Below the pieces are notes generated by a model. That model was not told where the DNA came from and made no database searches. It worked only from the letters and a program-made list of their open reading frames with translations. Positions 53,001 through 64,000 of a stretch of 64,000 nt of DNA are shown one piece after another (position 1 is the stretch's first letter; each line of letters opens with the position of its first letter). Both the position numbers and the translations under genes were made by a program. Where the stretch lies: assembly GCA_009602725.1 (NCBI GenBank), contig WELB01000023.1:1014311-1078310 (forward strand), in the 5' to 3' direction. The stretch is from Spirogloea muscicola. Lineage: Eukaryota.

Positions 53001-54894
53001 GGCGCCGGCGGCGCTGCCACGTCGCCCGCCACCACCACTGTCACCGCTGCCGACGTTGTGCAAGCTTCCGATGTGCCACCCATGCAGCCGTCGCTTGTAC
53101 CTGGCGGGCTTGCTGACTCGTCGTCGAGTGCCGGTGGGCTGCCGCGCCCGGCAAGGCCCGGTGACACCGGCGGCAGAGGCCGCAGCTCCGCACCTGGCTC
53201 ATCCCCCAGTCGCTCGCTGATTGCCTCAGTCGTGCTTTTGCCGTCTCCATTCGCACCAAACGAGTCGGTCGGCGGTGGCGGCGCCGCCATGCTCAGAGCC
53301 TCTTCGGCGGCTGCTGCCGTCGCCGACTCTGCCAGTTCGAGGAAGTATGCGCGGACGTTGTCCTCCTCGGCGGCTGCACGGCCACCCCTCGTCCGCCTCT
53401 GCAAGAAGCCGCCACCCGTGCCGCCATCATCACCGTGCAGGATCGATGCCAGGTGGTCCTTGGCCCACGGGTACGACGGCGGCGCCTGCCGCTGAGCTGC
53501 TTCCGCCGGAGGAGCGCTCTGCAGCAGCGCCTGGACGTGGTCGACCGACGCCATGGCCGCTGGCCGCGCCACATCGAGCCGCCGCTGGGCCACTCCGATT
53601 TCATCAGCATCGCCGCCATGGCTGCAAAACAGACTCTGAACGTGGTCGACGGCCGCCGGCGAGGGGCAGTGGCTGCGCTGCCTCGGCGTCGGCAACGTCG
53701 GCTCTGCGGAAAACTCGTCCACGATGCCCCGCACGGCATCGTGCGCGGCGGCACAGGCTGCCTGGTTCTGGCGCTGCGCCAGCTGCGTAGGAGAGGCGCC
53801 CTCTGACTCGCAGCGGCCGCCACTCTGGAGGAGCGCGTGGACGTGGTCCACGGCAGCCATGCACTCCGCCGGCCGGCGCGGCGTCCGCTGCGACGGCGGC
53901 GGAGCCGGCGGCACGTCGCCAGCATTGCCGCCGTGCAGGATGCTGTGCAGGCTGTCCATTGCAGCTGCCGCCAGGGGCCGCCGAGTGGCTCTGTGTACGC
54001 TGCCGGCGTCGCCATTGCCATCGACGGCGCCAAGGTCCAGCCGCCAGAATCCCAGCAAGTTGGCGCCCTCGCCAGTCGGCCTCGCCCTGCGGGCCTTGCT
54101 CTCGCCGCCACCGTCTCCACCGCCGGTCAGCAGCTGCTGCACGTGGTCCACGGCCGCGGGCGACGACGGCACGGCCCTGGCTCGCCTGGGCGTCAGCGGC
54201 GGAAGCGCTGTCCCACCGTCCGCCGGGCCGCCGAGGAGCGCCTGGACGCTGTCGCGCTGCCCCGGGTATGCCGCCGGCGGTTCCGGCGCTGGGATCGCCA
54301 GAATCACCGGCTCGTGCAGCAGCTCCTGCATGTGGTCGACGACCGCGGCGCTGGCTGCCGCCGCCGGCCGCAGCCCCCGCCGGAGGCCCTCAGCGGCCGC
54401 ACCAGAACTGTCATCGAGATAAAGGCTGTGCAGGTGGTCGACGGCGGCGGGTGACGCCAGGTGGCGGCGCAGCGCCAGCGTGCTGGCGACGGTGCGCGCC
54501 GGCCGCGGCGTGCCGCACTCGGGCTGCGGCGGACACCTGGTGCCGGCGGGACAGCTGTCAGCACCGAGCACGGTGGGGCCTGAGCCGCCGGCGCACGGCT
54601 CGGCAGAGTAGGGCCGTCGGCACACCTGGCAGCCGCCGGATGGAGTGCGGGGCCCGGCGCCGGTGGTTTTGGCGATGGGAGGGCGACGGCGCCGGCGAGG
54701 CGGTTGGCCGCCAGGTCCTCGAGCGCGGCGCGGCCGCCGCCGCCGGCGCCCTGACGGTCCAGCGCAGCCATCGCGGCGGCGTTGCAGCAGGAGCTGGCAG
54801 CCGTGGCAACACGTAGAGGATCAGCGCGGTGCACGAGCGATGGTGCGGCGCCTTCGCCAAGAGCCGCCGGTGTGACGGCGAGGGTGCGCCGCAT
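50036..54894 (-). CDS. Large repeat-rich protein of a conserved uncharacterised plant family
   Basis: Exons at about 54894-54627, 54554-52922, 52745-52569, 52279-52030 and 51880-50036. Core WFPRAKRESYLERKIRLLQ…REKIAAAEAA…ARRAALIEVAWCCILGAAG. Four C-terminal LGDxLVKxxSRLExE repeats. Confidence 0.75.
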
Positions 54895-55169
54895 CGAAGC
54901 TGCTACCTGCCGTTCTCGTCGGGCGGGCCGCAGCCTGTGGAGAACGCTGTCGTGGCCATCGGCTCCGCGGCGGCAACGGCGTCCAGGAAGCTGTTGGTGG
55001 CGGAGCAGATGGTGGTGCGGTCGCGGGCCGGAGCGAGGTGCGGCGCAGGCATGGCGCCGCGGCTCCGGTGCGAGCGGCCGTGGAGGCCAGCTGTGGCCGA
55101 GCGGCCGGCGAGGCGTCGGCAGCGACCCGGCCGCTGCGGGAGTAGAGAGGAGCGAAGCAAGCGAGTGAC

Positions 55170-55329
<160 letters not shown>

Positions 55330-55499
55330 NGGGGGGGGGTGCGGGCGGCCCCCCCGCGCCGCGACTTCGAACGGCCCCAACGGTCGGGGGCGCGCCCAAC
55401 GGTTGGCGCAGTCGGCTCGGACGGCCGTCGCCGTCAAAACGACAACGAAACGCACCGCTCAGGGTGGCTGCGCGAAAGCCCATCCCCGGAGCCAGGACC

Positions 55500-55590
55500 A
55501 CAGCCCCTTCGCTTTCTGAAACCTTCGAACCTTGTCCATTGTTTTCGGGCTGGCTGTTCACAGCCCTTGCCTTTGTGAGAGCCACTTTGT
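55500..55590 (+). mobile_element. Solo 3'-tail copy of the RLE retroelement family
   Basis: cttcgaaccttgtccattgttttcGGGCTGgctgttcaCAGCCCttgcctttgtgagagccacttt matches the tails in the 14-21 kb cluster. Confidence 0.7.
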
Positions 55591-56539
55591 GGTAAGATAG
55601 GCCACATTTCTAAAAACTGTTCAGCTCGTCATCAGACAGCACGAGCGACTTGTGCCCATTGCGCAGAAACCAGACATCAGGAATGAGAATAAGAAAGAGA
55701 GTGGGTCTTCTAAAGTACGGCGATGGCTGAGTAAAGCGCTAAAGCACACAGCCACCCAAGTGGCCACTGGGTGCTCATATTCCCTGTTGAGCAGCCGCTG
55801 GTCAGAGAAAATAGTCTCTGGGTAGCGGGTCCCCTGTCTATATGCCCAGCTAGTCCGTCTGCGGCTGTCTGTCTCCTTGCAAATAAAACAACACTCTAGG
55901 TACTCTAAATCAGCAGAGCTCACTCAGAGCTTTCACTTATACATGCTAGCAGCAGATCATTGTGAGGCCACCTTCATCCCATAATAGAAGCAATAAGCTA
56001 AGACTTCAATTTTTCAGAGAGAACCTCCCATGTGCTGACAGCAGATCAATCTGCACACCTCAGTTTCCTCTTTCACCTCAGGCATGCACAAGAGGTGCAA
56101 TGTGGCCACCAAGTCTTTCTTTACTACAAGGATGCATGGCATGCACGATCGACCATACGTATAGACGAGGTTTCTTTTGCAGAGATTTGGCACATCCACA
56201 CATGCAAGCTACTGCCAGGGCCACAACCGCTGCAGTCCAACGGTGAACATGGCCAAGAGCAGATAGACTGTGGGCGTGCGATGAATGGGGGCGCAGGTTC
56301 TATGAATCTGGTGGTGCACAAAGGCAATGGTTGCCGTTGCGAAAAAGGGGAGCTATCCCCAAGTTTGATCGACAAATGAGGTGCGGCCCAGGTTGCTAGA
56401 CATGCAGGTTGTCAGTCAGTCGAGTATTACTTGCAAAGAGCTTTGTGGGACTAGGGCCCTCTCCAGCAGCGCAATGTGCACCTAGGAGAGGGACTAGCAT
56501 GACTTAATGAGCCTATGCGTGTAGAAGAGTGGGGCCACT

Positions 56540-59500
56540 CTAGAACAGGTGTGAAGCTGGTCGAGAGGGCCCCATTCGAATAGCCCGCTGTTGTTGGACG
56601 ATGCCCTTGGCCAGCTGCTGAAACGGGGGCCCAGGCGCATGCGCCGGGTACAGGGCTTGGACCCCGTTCACGGTGGCTGGGCTCAGCTTCATCCACTTTG
56701 AGAGGGCACTGGCAGTTAGCTTCAGCCTGCCTACGCTCTCAGATCCTTGGTAAGCTATACCCATCCTGCGCAACAAGGCTGCTATTGCTTGACCAGTCCT
56801 GTTGTCACACGTGTAAGAGCACAGAATGATCAGCAATCTGTCTACGCTGCTATTAGCAGGTTGACACAGAGCAGAAGGTCACAAGCTTTCCGACTAAAAC
56901 AGCCACCTGACTTGGCTCTGCATGATCAACAACTTGATCACAAGCAAGGGTTGAGTTCTGCCCACCTTGAGGCGAGCTTCACATGCTTAATGCCACCTTG
57001 ACTTTTTGTGAGCACTTCCTGTTCCTCTACCCGTAGAAGGATAGTCATAGGGTGTAGTCTTTCATCTGGAGGACGCAAAGAAGGCCCAATCAGCAACAAA
57101 CATCTGAATCTCAATATCGTACATAGCTCATGCATGATACTTCTCGGAAATCTGCTATGGGCAACCTGCCCACAGTGACACCCTGCACATATGAGTCAGA
57201 TACTCATCTGCTCTCACCTCTCTGATGTCGTGATTTCATTGCCTTTAGTAAGACAAGCATGCACACCTGATCAAGTCAACATGACCCCCCATTAGCACAA
57301 GTTTGCGCTTTCACATTGTCATTGCTGCATTTCTCGAACCTGACAACCTTCAGTCAAGAAAGCGGTAGGCAGCAGAACAATAGCACAGAGCTGAAGAGGT
57401 CAGCAACACCATCAAGGCCTCATTGGAGCCCTTGACTTCTCAGTCCTAGCAGGTGAAATAACTACCTCTGCTGCATGAGGTGGCAGCGAAGCCATATCTA
57501 CTTGTACAGGGCCATGTGAGAAAGTGTAGTGCGGCACAGCTTTCAATCGCACAGCCTCCTGTGTAACCACAACTATCAACACCCTGTGAGTCAAGTGAAT
57601 GCCAGTAGACGAGATATGCTGTGCTGGGCATTGACCATGGCAGTTGTCCACAATGAACTCCACCTTGACAACGTTGCTGCACTCGGTCTGAATATTCAAG
57701 TAAAGAGCCAGACACTTGTTTAATCCAAGTCCAGCCTACTAATTTTAGGGGTCAAAGTATACCTCGTAAAGCGCAAGGGCTACAGGATCATAAAGATCAT
57801 CCATGGTGTTCCTGGATTGACCATGTGAGAAGGAATTGAAGCCCTCCTCCCCGTACATGTGAATTTCGTCTAAGAAGCACTGAGGTGGAGGTGCATCGGA
57901 CGCCCGCAGGCACCCAAGAATCTTCGACAACAGGCTGCCGGTGGGTGTGACACCTCCTGCCAGAGTCTGGCGGTACACGTGAAGGGCGCAAGTTGCCCTG
58001 ACAATGACACAGGCAAGATAGCTCAGACACAAGCACACAGCGCCTCTGCCTGCATCAGCGAGTTATGATGGTCCACAATGACTGTGATAGAGATAAGAGA
58101 AGCAACCACCGAGTATTCAGTTAGGGCCAGACACATGCACATAGATGAGCGTCAGATACGGGGAATGTGCATACCATTGCTGTTGTGGGGACTTCTTGCT
58201 CATGTCTGATGCAAAGGGGGTCAGGGCAAATGCAAATGTTGGAGGTGGCTTTCCACGCTTAATCTGCTGGTAGCACAGCCCTGAGCAAACAAAGTGACCC
58301 CAGCATTATGACTTCTTCGAAGTAAGCAAGAGGCAATCCATGCCCACACGACTGCAAGCATAAGTACCAGATATGGGATAAGTTAATTGGAGCATCAAGT
58401 GTGCAACATACCAATCATGCTGCCGCACATGGAAGTGTTTGGTAGCACGCATTCCTGTTGAGCGGCTGCATATAATTGGAAAGCGAGAGAAACATCCCCA
58501 CACCTGAAACATCCAGGTAAATTGTGATGCTCACATCACTTGTGCAGTAAGCCAAGGCTGACTTGACTAGCACATGATTCATCACAGCGCAGTTCATTAC
58601 CCCGACAGGGACAAGGTGCATAGCAATAATAAGTACCACCACGTGTGATGCAACCTGCAGAAAGCCAGCCAGAACAGCATGTCCAACTCTCGATGCATCA
58701 ATAAGCAACGACCTCACTAGCAGGATAGGGCTTTGATTTAGCATACTTCTCGCATGCTCCAATAAGGATGCTGTATGTTATCTGGTTGGGTCTCACGCCC
58801 CGTTCTTGCATCTCTTTCCGCACTTCTACGGCGAGATGCACACCGTGGCGTTCACTTTCACCTGTGCACAACTCACAGTCTACCTGTAAATAGAAGCAAA
58901 CTGGTGCAGGGCGAAGATCTTCAACAGAAGTGTGTGACACGCACCAACTCACAGGGACCAGTTGCATGGCTTGACCTGCCTCTAGCAAAGTATGGAAGCT
59001 TACCAAGGACTTGGAAGAGAGCATTGTACGTAGATGTTGACAGCTGCAAATTGGCAGCTTTCATCATGTCGTAAAGCTCCAAAGCCCTCTCTGGAAGCCG
59101 AAGCTGGTGCAGATGACAAGGTATAAGTGTCAGCAAAACAGAGGCCATCTTGAGCTCACCAACTTATCTTGGCTCTGAAAGAGTCCGGTTTAGCCTCTCT
59201 TGAACTCAAGCTGGATTGACATATTGCACAACCCTATCTCTCAGAAGGGGTGAAAACTGACATTACTGCACAAGCCCATTAGAGCGCTGTACGTGATAGA
59301 GCCAGTGGTTACACCGGACTCCCTCATCCAAGACAATACTTCGAATGCTTCGTCAATTTTTCCTGCTGATCGCGCCACGTCAATCATTGCACTGAAGAAT
59401 ACCTGTGAAAGGCATAGAAGAAGAGGAGGCCTCTTGATAAGGTAAAGCTCTGGAAGACATCACTACAAGACCTCATTCAGACCCTCCAGGTGTCCTTGCT

Positions 59501-62016
59501 TGCTTGAAGGTGGCCCTCTTCTGCAGGCCTGCAAACATGATGGCGTGCCACTGACCTCATCTGGTTTGACAGCATCCTCTTTCATGTCTTCATAAACCTG
59601 AAGAGCTGAGGTCCACGTCCCCTTGACACTGCAGGCATGCACTGCCGCTGTGTACACATGTGGTGTACCCTTCATTCGTTTCTTTCTCATCATGTTGTAT
59701 ACATCCAGGGCCCTCTCCACCTGTCAGGATATGACCTCTTGGTGTCAGGCAATTTGTCCCACTGACATCTGCGGTCACAGTGCTTGATTGATTGCATTGT
59801 TTTTGTCAAGTCGAAGCAAAGACCATAACCAGTGCAGAAAAGGACAAAGCAGGGTTCACTGGCATAGCTAGCACCTAGCCTGGCGACTCAAGCACAGAGA
59901 TATTGGAGGCTTCATCCTTCAATGCCCATCTTGTAGTCAAGCCTCCAATTGCGTAGTCGTAGCCCGTACCAGGAACTTATGCAACTCAACAACCAGCCTC
60001 ACTGGCAGAATCTACAGGAATGAGATATGCTACCTACAGGACTGAGAGACGATACCTGTCCAGCCTTTGCACAGGCGTCAATGAGGGCACCCAAGGTGAT
60101 CTTGTCTGGTGTAATGTCTGCAGATTTCATGTCTGCGAGGGTGTCAAAAGCCCGCTCCACTGCGCCTGATCTTGCACAAGCTGTGATCAGGGCATTGTAG
60201 ACTGCCTTGTCTGGCTTCAGGCCCTGGGGTCAAGTTCATTGTACATAGGCTTCAGAATGAGTGACAGGAGCTCAAGCCACCTTTCTCTGGCATCTCAGTG
60301 CAGGCCAGAGACTAAGTGATATGACATACAGTAGCAGGGCCGCCTCTAATGATCCTGACCTTTCCGAGGAGGATGCCAAAAACACCAAAGGCCTTTGCAA
60401 TTTGTCGGGCACGGCCACAGCCATCAATAAGAGAACTGAACGTGTTCAAATTTGCCTCCACCTTCGCAGCCTCCATCTCATGAAAAGCCTGTGAGACTCA
60501 CAGACAGTGATAGCAGCTCTCAGCAGAGCCAAATTCGAGAACGAGAGTAGTTGTGATCTAGGACACCACAAGGTAAAGCACAACAGCTTCTCATGCCAAG
60601 GAAGTAGCAAGAAATGTCATAATATGACAACCACTCTATGCTTGAGGTTTTGGACTATTTGGAGTGTCCGAGCAGCTGCGTGCACACCCTGAGTAGCAAG
60701 TGGTATGTTGGTCCTACCTTGAATGCCAGGTCGGACTTGCCCTTCCGTGCATAGGTGGAGATGAGAGTCGTGTAGAGGATGCTGTCAGGCCTGAGGCCTG
60801 CCCTCTTGGCTGCACTAAAAGCCCGTGAAGCACCTGCACATCAGAAGTCCAACGGACTACTTAAGCACACATTGCTCATGTCAAGTGCGCCTCCCCTTTG
60901 CTTTGTTGAAGACAAAACAGACAGTGCATGCACTACTTTGGCCAGCGCACTGAGTAGCTGACTGAGAGGTCGGCATTCTCACCATCCACATCCTCAGCTT
61001 CTGCACAAACTGAAAGCAGCATGTTGTAAGTGCTGAGTGTGGGCTTGCTTATGAGCTCCATAAATCTGAATGCTTCTGTAACAGCTCGCCGCTTCTTGCA
61101 CTCCTGGAAGAACCTGCCATGGTATATCTGCATGATAAGCCGACCTCCCAGAACAGTCAGTGCTGCATTGAGGTCACGCTCAAGGTGAGCAGATAGAGTT
61201 CAGCTGCAAAAGTCCTGCAGTCTACTTGCAGCCTGCTGACGAGAAAGGAGAATTGCATAATTGTCACTAAGTATGGCCCTGCCGCTTCAGAAATCTCAAT
61301 CAGACATTCACCTTGTCAGTGTGCAGGATGCCAAGAGTGTCCATCCTCTCTAATGTCAGGAGGCAGTCTTCCAGCCTGTTGAAGCAGAGCTCCGCACAAG
61401 GATCACGCCCCCGTCCGTGACAATATATGCAGACTAGGTGCTAATGAAAGGCGCTACTCCATCCCGTCAAACCGGCAGAATGCACTTGTCACGCTGATGT
61501 TCAAGCGGTCATGGATCTGATCCGACTTCTGACATCTGGTATGTGTAAGTTACCTCCCCAACCGCAAGAGGCTGTTATATCGTCCAAGCTGCCAGGCAGC
61601 ATCCCTCGTCCTGTCCGGAGCAACTAGTCTCTCCACCTTCAAGCGCACTTGCTGGGGAGGCCCGCTCACAGCCTTCACCAGCGGTCTCAACAACACAGCA
61701 GTCTGCAGATCGCCGCCTTATCATCAGATTTGATCTGTACCCGCATTGAGCTACAAATGATTCCGAAGATCGACAAGGCAGCAAGTACAGCAGAATCGGC
61801 GTGTTAGGGCTCGTGCCCCTGATCCACCGAACACCGGGCAGAGTCTGGACCGGCTGAGCGGCCTCAGCTAAGCCCCGCAAGCGCCGCCTGGCGCCGTCAG
61901 ACGGATCGCATATCTGACGAGCTGCTCGGCGCAGGCAGTGTTAGTGGCAGTGGGGGCTTCCCCACCTGAGTGTGGCCCTGCATGACGGAGCGCATGGTCA
62001 GCGCCGTGGCATCCAT
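56540..62016 (-). CDS. MRL1: Pentatricopeptide repeat protein MRL1 (maturation of rbcL 1), chloroplastic
   Basis: IYHGRFFQECKKRRAVTEAFRF…PTLSTYNMLLSVCA, GLRPDSILYTTLIS, LIDGCGRARQIAKAFG, KGTPHVYTAAVHACS…VKPDEV and VLSKILGCL…YDP. C-terminal IVQQQRAIRMG. Start uncertain because of the adjacent gap. Confidence 0.88.
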
Positions 62017-62416
62017 GGCGGCGGCCCGCCCGCGCCGTCGCGCGCGCCGTCACCCGCCGGCGCCCGCGGCCGGAGCGNNNNNNNNNNNNNNNNNNNNNNN
62101 NNNNNNNNNNNNNNNNNNNNNNNNNNNNNNNNNNNNNNNNNNNNNNNNNNNNNNNNNNNNNNNNNNNNNNNNNNNNNNNNNNNNNNNNNNNNNNNNNNNN
62201 NNNNNNNNNNNNNNNNNNNNNNNNNNNNNNNNNNNNNNNNNNNNNNNNNNNNNNNNNNNNNNNNNNNNNNNNNNNNNNNNNNNNNNNNNNNNNNNNNNNN
62301 NNNNNNNNNNNNNNNNNNNNNNNNNNNNNNNNNNNNNNNNNNNNNNNNNNNNNNNNNNNNNNNNNNNNNNNNNNNNNNNNNNNNNNNNNNNNNNNNNNNN
62401 NNNNNNNNNNNNNNNN

Positions 62417-64000
62417 GCGCGCCTACGTCGAGGCTGCCGGCCGCGCCTCGACGCCCGCGGACCGCGCGGCGCGCCGCCGCCTGGCGCTGCGCCTCCTCCA
62501 GGAGCATGAGGTGAGCGGCGGCGGGGCCATGCTCGTCGCCGGCACAGCCCCTGCGATCGGCCGGATGCAAGCCTGGCGCACACTTCCGCGCACAATGTCG
62601 TGAGCCGAGCCGAGCCGAGCTGAGCTCGTCGAATTTGCTGAGCAGAATGATATCTGAAGCTCTTGACCGCTGATTGACAGCTGCCCTTCACTGCCAGCAG
62701 GCTCACGACGGTTTTGTGGAGCCGTCGCTAGCAGAGCTCTTACGGAGTATCTCGGGCGCTCCTGAGGGAATAACTGGCGACTTTGCCGAACAGGTTGCAT
62801 CACAAGTGGCCAGCTTCCAGAGCCCCAACGACCTCTTTGAGTTCTTCCAGTCGCTCAGGGGTCAGTGAGGCTGCTCCAATTGGCTGGATGCTCTTCGGTG
62901 CTGGATGCCCTGCAAAGTACATTGTCGGCTTGATGACTCAAAGACGCTAATTCAGGCGACAATCAAGGACAGTTAGTGTAGCTGCTCATTGGGGTCAATC
63001 AGCCCAGTAATGATCAGACCTCCACTTGTTGCTCCTGCGCAGATGTTCTGCATGCTTCTTTCGCCGCCCGCGAGGAGGGCTTGTCAGACAACGTCCTCAT
63101 CGTGTACAATAGCACTTTTGGTCACTTTCTACGGCGGTCTATTATTGCCTTCGACAGCCTCCCATTTGAGGTAGTCTGCGACTACCAGTCCTAGAATGTC
63201 TCTCATACGACCCCGGCTTGTAACCTGCTTGGCTTAGCTGCTAGATGTCTTCTTTTAGTGGAGGGCATTGTATTGTCTCTGTGGCTAGCGCAGCTCAACA
63301 GATGGCCTCTCGTCTTTCACAGCCGTGTTTCTGTGCAACACCTTGAGAAGAGCACCACAACAATTTGACACACCACACCTTTGCAGGCCATTTGCCAGCT
63401 TCTCATTGACTTGAAGGCATACAGCACAGACAAAGACGCCAGCAGCCCTCAAGAGATCAGAAGCTCTCTTGACCACTCGCCCATTAACACAGGTACATTC
63501 TTGGACAAGCAAAGAGGCACACTCAAGAGTTGCGACATGCATTGAGTCGATTGCGAGATGCTGCTCAAGCAATTCCGCCAGATTGGACAATTGTGCAGAA
63601 CATCCATGGGCTGTGGAGCTGGGGCATGAAGAGGCATCCCAACAACAGTTGGCCGTGCAAGGTTTGGGGTCATCGGTTGACAGAAGTGCAAGATTACAGA
63701 TGAACAAAGGCAGCCGCAACTTCTTGAAGCCAGCTGGTCAGCTAGAGGCTGCCCTTGAAGCTGAGGCGACGGCCATTCAAAAGTATTGTCGCATGTCCAG
63801 CAACCCTGCGCACTATTGATAAATGGTAAAATGCTGCAGATTAACAAAACCTGCTGTTGCAAACCTGCCAACCTATACGAGCAGCATGTAGCACTGACTC
63901 AAAGTTGCTCATCCGTGATTGTTACAGACAGCCTAGGTCTGCCTCAAAGGCTGGTCTGGAAGAGAAGCTGAAGGAGCTCCTTCGGCTCAATCCAGGTGCT
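62417..64000 (+). CDS. APC5: Anaphase-promoting complex subunit 5, N-terminal part; continues beyond the window
   Basis: DGFVEPSLAELL…SFQSPNDLFEFFQSLR|…NSTFGHFLRRSIIAFDSLPFE and FLKPAGQLEAALEAEATAI resemble the N-terminus of plant APC5. Confidence 0.8.

Noticed and set aside
50067..54816. Long plus-strand ORFs (e.g. 50067-51116, 53724-54422)
   Set aside because: They are antisense shadows of GC-rich minus-strand exons.

Overview
This is eukaryotic, intron-rich, GC-rich nuclear DNA with four N-gaps. The gene content (ALOG/LSH, CAO, MRL1, APC5, SDN5) points to a streptophyte green alga, probably a zygnematophyte (inference). About 12 spliced genes can be traced: a Tic22-like protein, a serine carboxypeptidase, an orphan gene, an ALOG transcription factor, an SDN5/REXO1-like exonuclease, a filamin-CCCH-RS protein, a plastid NAD(P)-binding protein, a CaaX-terminated unknown protein, chlorophyllide a oxygenase, a multi-zinc-finger protein with an apparent frameshift, a repeat-rich plant-family protein, MRL1 and APC5. 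The most striking non-genic signal is a dispersed repeat family. It consists of 5'-truncated 3' ends of a non-LTR retroelement encoding a restriction-like endonuclease (RLE). One copy has an intact endonuclease frame (48.8-49.5 kb). About ten ORF-end relics (…SDLxLLTRG[Y/H]-stop) and more than 20 copies of a GGGCTG-N8-CAGCCC hairpin tail are stacked head-to-tail and head-to-head, mainly in a 7.5 kb cluster upstream of the ALOG gene. This suggests an element that inserts at its own 3' end. Exon boundaries were read by eye, and family assignments come from recalled motifs rather than database searches.
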